Source: Candidatus Omnitrophota bacterium (GTDB lineage: Bacteria; Omnitrophota; Gorgyraeia; Zapsychrales; Zapsychraceae). From it: 64,000 nt of DNA. Position 1 is the first letter of the stretch, and each line of letters begins with the position of its first letter. Below are positions 19,501-34,500 of this stretch, piece by piece. The notes under the pieces were generated by a model. That model saw only the letters and a program-made list of their open reading frames with translations, had not been told where the DNA came from and searched no databases. The stretch lies in contig JAJDCA010000068.1 of the NCBI GenBank assembly GCA_029261055.1, positions 5,275-69,274 on the forward strand, read 5' to 3'. The position numbers and the translations under genes were made by a program.

Positions 19501-22500
19501 AAACCAACATCACTTTTCCCCTCATATGTACCTATTGTAGGCATCGTCCGTTTTGATCCAGAAAGAATATTTTCCCCCACCATAACGGTTTTTCCATCTG
19601 GCAAAATTTTCTGATTCCCATGCAAATAGTTTTCCTCTGGAATCCAATCTTTAATATTTTCATCCCACTTCCATAATTTCCACCTACCATCCATTTTTAC
19701 ATTCACCTTGTGCATAATTTTTCCATCCCAAACAACATCCAAATCCTGTACAGGCTCATTGCCAGCGTTAATGCTTTTAAATTTTTCTTCTGTTTTGACA
19801 TCTTCAAAATCTACTGTTTTGGCATCTTCAAAAAGAACAAATCCGTTGTTCGTTCCTCTCAAAGAAACCTGACCATCTTCTGTAAATTTTGAAAAGACAA
19901 CATTAGCGTGATATTGAAGATGCGATCCTGTATTCATATCAAATTTATAACTATTATCATGATTCGTTAAAACTGCTGCGTATTGCGAATCCGAAGAAAT
20001 CTTCACATTTAGTACTTTGAGTCCCCCCTTAGCGAACGGTTCTTCCCCGAGAGCATCTTTAAATTCCTTCTCGTCTTGCCCATCTAAATGCACAATACCC
20101 TGAAAATTATCTGCAATAATGACAACTTTATTGCCGTCTAAGGCATCCTCGACTTTATGAATACGCCCTAAATTTTTACGAATCTCCTTCCAATCATCTT
20201 GAATCAAACTCGATGAAACAAAAAGCTTTCCATTTTTTTCTGCGTCAAATAATTTCTTACCATCTTTGGAAAATTGAAGAGTTCCTGTTGACATAACTGG
20301 CCTTAATAAATTTTCATCATTTTCATTCTTTCGTGCAATATCCCGCACTTTCCATACTTGCAGCTTATTTAACGTCAAAACAACCCTTCGAGTGACCGGC
20401 TCAGGCCCCGTATCATCTTCCACCCACGCATGCTGTACAATTACCTCCCCCTCCGGCGCGGTGTACGACTCTTTCACCTTCATTTGATCGGCTGGTAAGA
20501 CTTTGACTTTACTGACATCGGACGTATCATTTTTAGACATAATATTACGAATCGTCACATATTTTCCACGTCCATCATGGTTATAAATTTCCATCTGCGC
20601 AAGCTGGCCATGAATCAATTGAATATCGGCTAACTCAAGTATTTCAAGATCAGAATTAAGAGGCGCATCCATTTTATAGGTGCGCAAACCATCTGTAAGA
20701 TACAAACCAGCTGTTGCATTTCCCTCTGGAGCGTCTCTGAAAAACATAATATGCTTGCTATCCGGTAAAAACTTGGCTCTAATTGCATTCTCGAGTGAAT
20801 AATTCTCGTCTAGCGTCCATTCTCCAGAAATCGCATCTTTTTTCCATACAGTTATTTTGCCAAACTTTGCCTTAACAATTAATTTATTTTTATCCAAAGA
20901 TCTTTCCAAATATTCTATGGAATCATTTCCTGGCAAATTAAAAACATCTTTGGTCTCTTCTCCAGTATGGGAATCGCGAAATGAAATACCCCCACCTATT
21001 TTTCCAATTAAAACTACTTCATCATCTAAAGAAAATTTAGCAAAATTTATATTTGAATATTGCGATCTATAGATCCGTTCTCCATTTTCAATATTAATAA
21101 GATACACATTATAGTCAAACATCACGAAAGCAGCGAGTTTCCCATCTTTTGAAATTTCAATACTTTTCATATTCCCTTGCATATCTTTTAAAGGAATATC
21201 TTTACCTCCATTTAAACTTACAACACCTTGAAAATTCTTGGACATAACAAGAATACCCTTCTTAACTTTCTTAAGCTCAATCCCTCTCACAAGATCTAAA
21301 TTTTTATTTATTTTTATCCAATCATCCTCCTCTTTATTTACATATTTATAGCTAACCCCCTCTGACGTTGCCATCATCAGAATTCCCTCTTTAGATAATG
21401 TAAAACCATCATACTGACCAAGCGTTTCTTCTACTTTTGGAGTCCCCTCAATCATAGCTTGACCTTCAAAATTGCGCATTTCTCCCCAAACCCGCCATAC
21501 CACTTTCTTTTCACCATTATTTTCGATATCTTCACGCGTTACCACATACCAGAAGCCAGAATAATTTAATTCCACAAATTCGACAACACTTTCATTTTCC
21601 GAAATCCCCCAAGATTCAATATTTTCTTTTATTTTCTCCACAGGCAAAATTTCATCCTTACTGCCTTGTGTTGTCTGAGCATTCTCTGGCTCCAACTCCG
21701 CTTTCGCTTGTGCCACTTTCTTCTTATTAACCAACGCCTGCTTGCCTTGAACTCGGGAGTCTATTCTCTCTGTAAGCAAAGCTCTTCGAGCCTCTAAGTG
21801 TTTGCGTTCGTGCTTTTGCATACCAGAAGAAACTTGTTTTTTAAGAAAATCCCTTAATTGATTAATTTCACCTTCAAAAATTTCTTTTAATTCTATTTCA
21901 TGTTTAATTGAGTTTTTAAGATTTTGTAGTGTCAGGCCATTTCCAGAAGCATCCTTTATTTCTTCGGCTTTGATCGCTTCCTTTAATTTTTTAATTTTTT
22001 CTTCCTGTTTCGCAATTAAAGCTTCTTTTTCCTTAATAATATTTCTAAGCTGCTCCTGATCATTTGAAACACCACTAATCCTCTGTCCCAACATCACATC
22101 AACTTTCTCTAATTCCACTCTATCCGCCGCAAGCTCCCCATCATAATCGTCTTCCGTCATATCAATAACACCGGAGAGAGGTTGTTTTAATTCCTGTATC
22201 TTCTTCTCAACATGCTCAAGCATATCTTTGAAAAGATCTTTGTATGTTTCATTACGCAACAGGGGTGGAACCTTTTCCAAAGACGAAAGTTTATCTTCTT
22301 TTAGCTTATTGATTTGTTTAAAAAATTGATCTTTTAGATCCTTAACAGCACTTTTCTTCCCTTGCCCCATAGCTATCCGCCCAATTAAATCTCTTATGGA
22401 TAGCATGGCAGCGTCTTTTTTTCCCGAATTCAGCACTTCTCCACCACCTCCTCTGACAACAAAAGGCTGCAATTGAGTTCTATCTTCATTAAAAATAACG

Positions 22501-25500
22501 GCTTGATTTTGGTGGGGAAAGAATTTGGCTTCCCTCTGAGAAAATTTATTCTCCATTAATTTTCCATATATTTCACCTGTACGCGCATTCACAATTCCAA
22601 TATTATTAGATTTCCCAATGCCGAAGAAATGTTCATTATCCAAAAATACCGCCCCCAAGTTAAGCAGCGTTATTGAAAGATTTATCCAGGCAGGTGACGC
22701 AGGCATTATTCTTTCACCCGTCATAACATCCCACACGTGCAGCTTGCCTTCTTTATTCCTGGTCAACAAAGTTTTCCCATTGGGAGACAATTCCAGGTCA
22801 ACAATTTCCCCTGCGGCAGAAACAAGTATGGGAGGGGAATTTATCCCAGTATTAAGATCTCGTAAAATGACATTTTTTCCCTGAACAAACATTAAATATT
22901 TTGAACCTCTAGAGAATTTGGCGAAGGATACAGAATGTTCTTGCTGAATCTCTGATTTTGTGTCCATATTCCTAAAAGCCAACGTCCCAATTCCAATCTT
23001 ACCCTTTAGGCTCATAAACAACCACCGATTATTATCAGAAAGTTTACTGACCACCGAGATGCCGGCATTACCTAACGATAATAGATCTGATTCATCATCG
23101 ATTGCCCAATTCCATACGATCGTTTTCTTATCATTATGATCCTTTGTATTCTTTTCCATAATAATTCGTGAACCATCCTCTGAAAAAGAAAAATCATCAA
23201 ATTCACCTTCTTTACTTGTCGCCAACGGCTTACCCTTATCGATCTTGCGTACCTCCCATAATTCAATTTTCCTTTGTGATGGTTTATCCTTCCAAACCTC
23301 CTTGGCAACCTTAGTACCATCCGGCGAAAGATGGGCTGAATTTGTCACTAAAAGGTCAAAAGAATTTACTTCATCTCCCCCCTTCCTCACATCGCGCACA
23401 ATCCAATGATTTTTCCCATTCGCACGAACTATATTATCCTCCGTCAAAACCAGGCCACTTTGCGGCGAATAGTCGACAATGGTCTCACCCGGTGGGGCCG
23501 TGTACACATCCAACGCTTCCAAAACTATCTTGCCGCTACCGACTTTATTTTTCAAATCATTTGCGGCGGCAAGCTCCGCATTTTTTTTCTCCAGCGCCAA
23601 CTGCTCATCAAAAGATTGCTCCTGCTTCAGATACTTAGCCTTCTGCGCCGCCCATTTCTTTTTTTCCTTTTTAAAGGCTTCAATTTTGTCGGACAAATCA
23701 CTACCTGAAAAAGCTGATCCTCCTCCAACGTCTTTCGCAATCTCGTGGATGAGTACATGTTTTGTTTGGTCCCCTTCCTGCCATGTGGTGGCTTGTTCGA
23801 GATTATCAGGGGAAATATTTAAACCTTTAACTTGCATATTTTCTACATTTTTTAATTTACCTAAATCATTTATACGATGCACAGGTCCGTTCCCGCTTAT
23901 TACACCTAAGGCAGGTTTACCCTTATCTAAAACTCCTGCCGTCATAATTTGACCATCGGGTAAAAATTTTGATTCTTCGACCACCACTGAACTCAAGGGA
24001 TCCCATTTTCTAGCGTCTGGCTTCCATTCATACCTTGCCTTAAATCCTTTTGTTGCCACAATTAATTCCTTCTTATTAAAAGATAACTCTATATCCTGAA
24101 CAGCATCGCTTACCTGAAGCCCTTCTATTTTTAGAGCCCCTGTATGGGGACTTTTAATACTGACTCTTCCATCTTCCGAGCCTGTTAATATAAACTGGCC
24201 ATCCCTTGAAAATTTTGCAAAACTAACGCTATCCCCTTGAAGCATGAAGCCTTCCCCCGTCTCCATATTAAACAAATACAGAGCTTTCGACTTTGTCAAA
24301 ACAAGCGCCTTGCTCGAATCCGAATCGGGAGAAATGTCGATACTTTCGACTTCTCCCTCTAATTCTTCCCCGTTAACTTTAAATTCCTGCGTCTCCTTAC
24401 TCCGTCCATCCAAATACGCAATGCCTTTAAAATTTTCGGCGATCACTACCACTTTATTACTGTCTGAAGAATCTTCAAATTGCTCGATTTTTCCAAATTC
24501 ATATCGCACTCCACCCCTTGGCTCGCCCTCCAAATTTTCTCGAAAAACCCCATCAGGAGTTGCAAACAAGAATCTATTACCATCCTTAGATATCTTAGAT
24601 TTTTCCTCCTTACTTACCGTATCTTCTCGTAATGGATCTACACTCTCTTCTTGCTCAATATCGCGCACTCTCATTACCTTCGAATTAGGATCGTCAGCTT
24701 CCGCCTCAGTCAAAACAACCCTTCTCTTTACCGGCACATCCCCGTTACCATCCATCTCCCACGCCACCTGCATAATCTCTTCCCCATCCGGCGCAGTGTA
24801 CGTCTGAATCACCTTCATATCCTTCGCTGGCAGGACTTTAATGTCACCTTGTACAGTGTTCTTATCCTGCCCTGCTCCTGCCTCTGGATGTGCATCATCA
24901 ATAAGCCATTTATGGGAAACACGATCATAAACATTTTCGGAACTAATCTTTTCTCCCGTTTTTACATCAATAATTTCTCCATCTCGATGATGCTGCATCA
25001 AAACTTTTGTCCCACCAGGTGAAAGTTCAACATACGCTTTCGGCCATTCAAACACACGTAATTCTTTTCCACCTTTTACGTAACGCACATGCCATCGGTA
25101 ATGCTTTACCATTTTCGTATACGCATATTCTTTTTCTACTGTTAATACCCTCAACCCATCCTCTGAATATGAATGAACCTCCTCTGCGTCCTTAGGCTTA
25201 AAGGCGGGGGCACTGCTCATAAAATCAGCCACAGGCCAGACGTTTAACCCGCCTTTAACATGGGCTTTGACGTGGTGCTCTCCATCACGTGAAAATTCTA
25301 ATTCCGGCACCTCATCTTTCTCAAGCTTTTGTAAAGCATCCAATGCCGGCAGCTCTGTCCGCTCATTACCTTTTTTTTCTAAATCCTGCAACCAATATTT
25401 GCCCTCACCATCCACGACGGCTAAATAACGGCCATCATGAGAAAGGGCCACGGCTTTAACACCTTTTTTATGTTGCTTGGTTGCTTTTATTAATGCACCT

Positions 25501-28500
25501 TTTTCCGCATCCCATACACGCACTACCCCCATTTTACTAACTGTGGCTACCCTAGTGCTGTCCCGGGAAAAAACAGGCTCTAATGCGGCTTTAGTATTTT
25601 TTTCCAAATCAAGCACCCGCTTTTCTTTCTCAACATCCCACAACTTCGAAACCCCTCCATCTTTATCTAAAATAACCATCCTCTTATTATCCGGAGATAT
25701 TGTGGGTTGGACCTGAATTTTTAAACCTGTCTCTAACCCGAATCTGTACCCACTTTTAATATCCTTTACCCTCACCATGCCCTCTTCATCAGTCGCTATA
25801 ACCTTGGTTCCATCAGGAGAAATATCCGGATGCAACATTGGATCGTTAGGTAAACTCGATGATGTGGGGGATGTCGTGTCTATAGTATCAAATAGATCAT
25901 ATCTTCCACTATTCGTTGTCCTAAACACATGATTACCATCCGGCAAAAGTTTTGCAAAAGGATAATTACCTAAGTCAATACTTTCATCCTCACCTTTTAA
26001 GTCCCACCACACGAATTTTCCATTATCATCCTTTGTCAGTATTTTTGTTTCATCATCAGAAACACCTACCACTTTCGCATCAAATCTATGACCCCTATTC
26101 CATGTGACTAACTCAATATTTTTCATATCACGTATGCGCACGTTACGAGAAGCACTCGATGCGCCAATCTCCTTCTCCTGCGTCACCACCTTGCGGCCGT
26201 TCCAAAGAAACCCAATAACTTCCTCCCCTGGCAGTGGTTCATAATTTATAATCCCTTCCGTGTCCACCGCTCCTTGCTGCAATGCCTCTGCTTTCTGAGC
26301 CTCCACAGCCTTCGCCTCTTCTGCTTCTGCCGCTATTTCCTTAATCAACGCCTGTTTACCGTTAACCACCGCTATCAGTTTCTTTGTAAGAAGTTCCTCT
26401 TGTTTGTTTGGCCCCTGAACTTGAAGCTCGAGTTCTTTTATTTCTGCTTCTAATTCCTTTTCCCTTGTTCTATCTGGGAGAGCAACACCAGTTTCTAAAG
26501 TAATATCGCTTATATGTTGCTCTTTCACTAATTCCTTCTTAAGCCCTTCTATATTTCCAACCCCTTTTGACGGCTTACGAATTTTTATTAATTCTTTTTT
26601 CACTTCACTCTCAACCTTTTCGTAATCCTTCAGCGTTCTCTCGATATCTACAGGGCGGGATTGTTTTAATTCCTGTATCTTCTTCTCAACATGCTCAAAT
26701 ATATCTTTAAAAAGATCTTTGTGTGTTTTCCTGCTCAACAAAATTTGAACCTTTTCTAGAGGCTCAAGCTTATCTTTTTTCAAATCGGTGATCTTTTCAC
26801 GCAATTCCTTTTTTAGCTTACTAACAGCCTCCTCATCATTTTTCTGAAAATCTATCCACCAAATTAATTCTCCTATGGATAGCATGGAAAAATCTAACTC
26901 ATCCAATCCTTTCGTAAATTCAGGATCATAGGAATCTTCGATTTCCTTCATTGTTTGGTCAAAGAATGCGGCCGACCAATCGCGTTGAATACCCAAATTC
27001 TTAATAAGATCTTTCGTTGCATTCATTCTGTTCTTATTTCCCTCTTTATGTTGTTCCCATGTTTCGCCTTTACTTCGATAATTTAAAATAAAATCAATTT
27101 GATCCATAACCTTCTTCATCATAATCATTCGACTGCGTTGTTCCTCGAATTTCTTTAGTTCTTTCCATGATTTTTCGCTCAATAACTCTGCGATAATTTC
27201 ATTAAGATTTTCAATATTTTGCTCTGTTTGGCTTTCAAATGTATTGGTCCATAAGAGCTGGAGAATACGGTCTAATTCCGGATGACCTGTATCCGGCTCT
27301 TTGCCTTCTTCAATTTTCAAATTCTGAATAATGACACTTTCTTTATCAAGAAAATCAGAAATGGCATCAACGTCAGGATCATCACTAAACAATCCTTTTT
27401 CACCGGCCACATCTAAAATATTATTCTCGACCGGTGAAGTTTGATCAAAGTCACCCTCTATTTTAAAGGCCTTCATAAATTGTTCATGGATAATACGTTC
27501 TGAAATTTTTGTTTTGGCTCTCTTTTTAAAAGACTCACTCTTTTCTGTCCCTGTCTTTGCAATTTTTTGCAATCCATCAGCCCTCAAATAATTAAACCGA
27601 TCCACTAAAAACTTCACGTCTTTCACCAAAACACGCACACTGATTTCACGACGTTTAGGCAGAGTGGTACCGTCCAAAGATTGCCGATAATTTAACTCCT
27701 GCGCCATACCGATAATGCCGTCATATTTGACGCTTCCGTCAGGATAAGTTTCGTACTCTACATCGCTTACTTCTTGCTCCGACTTAGGAATCGGCATTCC
27801 GATAAGACGCGGATTAAGCCGCACCACTTCGCCGGTTGAATCTAGCTGTTTGGTTGAAACTTTACTTAAAAGTTTAAACATCAAGTGCGGCGGTAAAGGA
27901 TCAAATTGAATGGCAGGAAGACGTGCCAATAAATCTGCGGGAAGGCCCTTGATACCAGACGTAGAACCCGGGGTATTGCTTAAAGCAATCAATCCAAAAT
28001 TATCTGCCCCCTTACGCTTTTTATCCTTTTTCGTCGGATCAGGAGTCTCATCATATACAATCACATCATTCAAAGCACTAAGCACTTTATCTCTGGACTG
28101 CGCAATTTCTTCAACGATCAACACATTGCCTTCTCCATGCTCATCTTCCATAGCTAGCGGTAAGGCATTGATAGTTATCTTTGAATTACCACCCACCATC
28201 CCCTCCTGAAACGTAATCTGATCGAGCCGTGTTTGTGCTGTCATCTCAATCGTATGTTCTCCCGGTTTATTGCGCAGACGTACAATGGCCTTTGCTAACG
28301 TACTCTTTCCGCCCCCCGGGCCACCCACAAAATGAACTTTAATCTTCAATGCCTGCAATTGCAGCGTTAAATAAAGTTTCCCTACATTGGCTTTCAAATA
28401 CGTATTGACTTCATTTACATCCTTGGCCACATCAGCAAATTCAATCCAGTCAATAATCTCTTGCGGCAGGCCGGCATAATGAAAAGAAGCTTTAGAATGA

Positions 28501-31500
28501 ATAGGCAGCCTTATTTCATCCCAGAATTCTGTATTTTTTGGTGTAATAATGATTTCTTTGCCGGAAGGAGAAAGCTTAAAAGAATCTTTTGTTAATTCTA
28601 AATCCGGCACATTCAATTCATCCGGGCGCCAGGATGAAAAGTGCGTAATATTGCCGGCATACGTATCATTACTATCAATTTCCGCATGAAAATTAAAATA
28701 ATTTTTGATGGTGGTGAATGGACGGTACAACCAGTCTTTTTCATATTTAATTAAATGTTGAATCATAAAGGCCGTTAGCCGTGGATCCGGTGCACGTGTA
28801 AGCCGCTCCCCCTTAGAGTTGTCCGGACCATTTTCAAAAAGATCCCTGATCTTGGAGTCCCATCGCATTTGCGTGGCCAGATAACGTGGATCTAAAAGCT
28901 CCCAATCCTCAAAAATCGCGGCTTGTTGTTCGGGGCTGTATCCAAAAAAAGTCAAACGCAACTCATTGGAAATACGCACTAAATCCGTAATGTCTTGGGT
29001 AATTTTTTGTTCAAACTCCTCCCATCGATCATCATAGGTGCCTACATGTCTAGCAAATTTCAGGGCATCGGCCAATTGCCATTCAGCTTCTTCTTCGGTA
29101 GACTGCCAATGATATAAAATATTTTCATCCCGTTCCTGCATTGCCGTATTATTGGTGGTCCAATTTCCTGTAATGTTAGGCCACGGCGGATTTTCTGTGG
29201 TAATAATCCTGGACATCGGATGATCGCGCATCGTTTCAAATGTAACCATACCATCCCGCTCAACTTTCCACTCATGCGTCTTGGCGGGAATATGTGATTT
29301 GATGCCATCCCAAACACCCGGCTCATATTTATGTCGTTCATTCTCTATAATCCATCCCCCCACATGCTTCACATAATTTAATAAAGACGGTTTAAACCCG
29401 GTTGTCCCATTTTGCAAGGTCCGTGTCCCACGCGCAAGCCCTTCATCGGTTGCATCTTCATTACCGGTTTCTGAATACGTCGGCATATTAATTAACCGGG
29501 CTGCCGCAGACGGCATTTTGGTTTTGGCTAAACCCGGGCCTCCGGACAAAGTAACGGTCTGCCCTTCCCATGAGTCGGACATGCTATCCTGACTAACGGT
29601 TAAATCATACAACACCTGCCATGAACTTTTTTCCCGTTCAATAATCAAAACCCTTTTTTCCTGCCGGTTAAACGCCAAAATACGATTTGAATCTTGTTCA
29701 TAAAAATACCATTGCGTCAAATCCAAACCTTTCAAATCACCTAAACCTTGAAAATCACCATTCTCCTGACTGAGTAAAACCTTTTCTGAACTCTGTTCTA
29801 GTTTCACCTGTAACTTCTGAGTGTTTTCATACACCCCTTGATTTTCAACCATATGATCTGCGGAATCAAAAGCATGCAGGAATTTTAAATATCCATCCTC
29901 TTTATTTTCTTCCATCACCTCCAATTTTCCATCCTCAATACCATGAATAAAATATTTACCATCGGTGGAATAATCTGTGGGTGACCGTTGATCCGGCCGA
30001 TGTGTCGCCAAAAGAATATTAATTATTTTATCTTCATTAGCCTCTGTATCTTTAATCACTGTTGTCGGCACACCCATGCCACCCGGTCCCATTGGAAAAT
30101 ACAATGGATCCACACCTTCCCGTTGAAACATGAGCTTTTCTTGACCATTCACTTTTTTATTAAAAAAGTGACGATACTCTTCGGTTGTATTCAACTCTGA
30201 ATCTTCAACCACCATGGAAGCATCTTTTAATTGCAAATATTTTTGCCAATCACTGTCTGAAACAAACCCACTCTTTTCAATGGCCGTAAAAATGGCATCA
30301 CCCACTCTGGAAGGAAGCCCTGTGAAAGGAAACGGCTCAATCACCCGCTGCAACTGCCCCTTGGGTTGTTGATGCAACACTTTAGTATCCTCAACCTGCT
30401 TGGCCGTACCCATAGGGATAATAAACACATTAATGCCATGCTCTCTGGCCTTATTAATCAGCCCAAGAATTCTGGATTTTTGATTAGGATCAACATCTTC
30501 ATCCGTTAAAATAAATAAAATTTGCACGCCTTTTTTTTCGCTTCGCTCGGCCGCTGCAATCTGACTTGTAATATATTTCTCTAGATTATCGGCATAATGC
30601 GTGCCACCTCCTGCCTCCAAATTGGTCCACGCCCCATGCAATACCTTTTCTCGTTTAACATTGGGCTCTCGGATAGTCTCGCGTAATAATTGCAGATCTT
30701 TATCATCATCGGAAAAATAACCAACCTCATACCCAAGATCATCATCCACGATTACCTTGCGCATTTCATAATGTTGAAAAATAGAATCGGTCAAGACAAA
30801 GGATATGATACGTGCCATTTCAATCGGCAAATAATTGCTATTTTTTCTATCTTTCTCCCCCATGCTATAACTGCGATCAACCAATAAAGTAATATCCAAG
30901 GGTAATGGATCTTTTTTAATCGGATTATTATATCCCTGCGCACCCAGAAAAACATTAAGCGGCTGGGTCATAATCGCTCCATTGTCCAATAATTGACTTA
31001 ACTTAAAGCCGGTTGTTGCGATCAACAAGGCCTTAAACTGACGGGTTAGGCGCTTAACAAGCGTTCTAATCGTCACAACTGGTTTTCTTTTTAAAATATT
31101 TATAATGCTTAAAATTTTATTTAATGTTTTATTTTTATCGTCATATTCTGAAAATTTCTCTCTAAATTCTTTTTCATTAAAATTTTTACTAATTTGATGA
31201 TTCTCAAGAAATCCTTCTATTTCCATTTTCTCAATTAATTCTTCCCCATCAATATCCAAATCTCGAAAATGCTCCACTTGAAGAGTTCTGCCTTCGGATA
31301 TTTGCTTTTTATACCATGTTTGTAATTCGCGATGCTGCGTCTTATCCAACCCGCTTGTGGCTTCAATCTGTGCTTCTTCACGCAACTTGGCTGCCTTTAA
31401 ATCAAATTCTTTAGGTTTAATCGGTTTAATATCTGATGGCGGCAATGCTTCTTGTTTCTTTCCAGTCTCTCCTAAAGGTTTTACATCAGGCAGATTAATG

Positions 31501-34500
31501 GTATCGGGCATTTTTTGATAATTCTTTGACCTATCTTTTGCACCCTTTTGGGTTTCTCCTGCTTTAGCCGGTTCACTTTTGCTGCCTGAAGACTTATTCA
31601 TATCTTGAGATGCCTGTGAAGAAGATGTTTCCTGCTTGCCTTGCCCATCTTCTCCTCCTTTGTTATTTTTATTATCCTCGCCTTTCTTATTTTCTTTCTT
31701 CCCTGGCTCGCCTTTATCTTTTGATCCACTTAACGATTGTTGAATACCTTGAATAGATTTTTCTAATTGATGAAGGTTACGTAATACATCCCTATTGGCT
31801 CCTTGGGTTTGATCTACGCCTTTGTTAACATTATTTAAGGCCTTATTTAATTTTTCTGTTTCATCTGTAATTTGAGGCACATCCGGGGAAGGGGCATGCG
31901 TTTGCTTGACTAAGTTATCGGCAATGTGCTTAAGTTTGTTGGCCTTATCTTTCAAATTCTGTAACTTCTCTAATTGTTCCTGTGATTTTTTATCTACCCC
32001 GTTAGATAACTTTTTAGCCTCATTAGCTAACTCTGGAGAAGGCAAACCTTGTTGTATTTGAGAAACTTTTTCATTTTGCGCACTTCCCTCCCCCGCGGCC
32101 AAACGCCCTTTATTTAAAAGGTCTTGGGATTTGTCCTGAATGCCTTTTGCCTGCTGTTGAATTTCTTTTGATAATTTCTTTGAAGTATTTTTATCAGACT
32201 CACTCATTTTTCCCGGAGTAACATCCCCAGATTTCTTTTTAATATCGTCTAATTTTTTAGCAATAGTATTCGTGTTACTTGCTATAGCGTTTAATTGTTG
32301 TTCAAAATCCTTAAGCGCATTTTCAATATCATCCGTACTTTTAGGGGTAGCACCGGGTGATACCTGCCCTTGGCCCGAACCTTGAGATGAACCCTGACCT
32401 GACGATGCGGCAGATGTCTTTTGTGATGAGCCGCTACCCCCACCGGGTTGTGATAAATTTTCAAAACTCTTTTTTCCTTGTTCCATATCTTCACGAACGG
32501 CATCTTCAATGACTTTCTGAATTTCTTGCGGTAGGTTTTTACCATACTCATCAAGTTCTTTACGCTCTTCTTCTGTCAACTCTTCATAGACTTTACGAAC
32601 GATCTCTTTGGCTATTTCTTTAATCCCTTGCTTCAACTGTTCCTCTCGTCTATCTTGCTCTTCTTTCTTTTTGCGTTCATGTAGTCGTCGACGTTTCTTC
32701 TCCTTAAAAGCCTCTGCATACAATTCCAAATAAACCGGCCCGACCTTCTCATTGATAATCCTGATAATGTCCCCTTGTTTAAGTGATTCCGGTCTGTACA
32801 TCAGCTTAATCCACCCATCATCATTTACATCCTTCCCCATACTACGAACCAGCGCATCTTCCACCTGAGGATTTTTATTACGTGGATCTTTCATATTGCC
32901 TTGTTGATTTTCTTTGTAATGATATCGCAGATAAAGAAGGGAATCTAAATAACGTAAATGTAAATCGTAGGTGTTGTATTGTGCCTCCTCAATCAAAGGA
33001 TTGCCGATGTCATAACGATCCTGAAGAATCCGGCTCATCCATTTCCTGGAACCATCAAACTTTTGTTCAAAAGCTCTATGTTTAATATTCTCTGCATTCA
33101 CATCATGCCCAATGCCAGAAACCTTCGGAAAAAGAAGGGTATCCCACATCAGCAATGCATCGGGATGTTTTTTGATATCTTCATTCAAATCATCAATCAA
33201 ACCGCGTAAACCAAATTTAACACGGGAAATAGCAAGAAAGACCTGCCCCAGAGTACGGTCGCGTGCAGCCTGAAGCTTACCCTTTAAATCGTCTTTATTC
33301 TCTCCGTCATACGTTCGTGGATAACGATCTGTTTTTACATAATGCATTTGTCCCACCGAGGAATCCAACGACTTATACGTCCAAAAACCATAGGGGGCCG
33401 GTATAAATTCAACTTCCTGTTTGGCGGCTAAACGCTTGGCATATTCTTGCCATTCCTGATCGATTTTCTCTAACTCGCTAGCTAATTGAGGATTATCTTT
33501 TGTTGGATCCCCATAACGTTCATACAACACATCAAGAAAATCTTTAAACAAACGTAGGGGGTTGACGTCTTTTTGATTTTCCGACATACCCATCATAATC
33601 CCGCCCACCAAAAATCCCATCGCACGCTTTCTGGTGTATTCATCATTCAGTGCATCCTTTCGTAACCCTTTTGCTTCATAGACTTTTTCTACTTCCATCT
33701 CCAAATAATCCATCACAAAATAACCAGCCCGACGGTCTGATGTTCCAGGATGAATCATAAACCCGGTTTGTCCACTCAATCCCATTTCCTTACCTCGCTG
33801 ATACAACTCGCTAACCGCGGGTTCACCGAATTTATCAACGTCATGCGGAAGTTTTTCTTCCCCTTCTTTTAAATTCTTCCCCGCGTGCTGCACATATTCC
33901 ATCACGGATATCGCAAAGGTGATTTGCTCCCATTCAGGTGGCATTTTCAAAATTTTGTGCCCTATTTCATGAGGCAAGACAAGCCGCATCATCAGTTCAT
34001 CTTCAATTGGGCTTATGAGCACATTTCCCGTGTCCGGCGCGAATGCCCCTTTGGATTGACCAAAAGCTACGGGCATCTGCACAATAGCCGCCGCAATTTT
34101 CTTACGGCCTTCCAGATCTTTAAAACTTTCTCTCCAAAAATGCTCCGGAAGATAACTGTCAAAATTGTAGGGTTTAATGGTTTCATCTAACATTTTCATA
34201 ATTGCTTTTTCTTCAGCTGGATTATCAGATAATGCACTGGCCATTTCTTTTTGAATAGTATCAATGTGTTGTTGCGTTTTAAAAAGATGCTCCTTCTGCC
34301 CCACTCGCCGAAGCTCTTCCTTTAATACATTCATATCAAGGCCAACACCCTTTCCAGGAATATGCATTCCTACTAGCAAAGGATCGGCTATTTTACGATC
34401 AATCACATCCTCTTTAATCAAACGAAGCAAATTATCATCCGACATTTTCTTTACCGCCTGACTTAAAGGTTCCACAACTCCAATCCTGCGTTCTTGAGCC

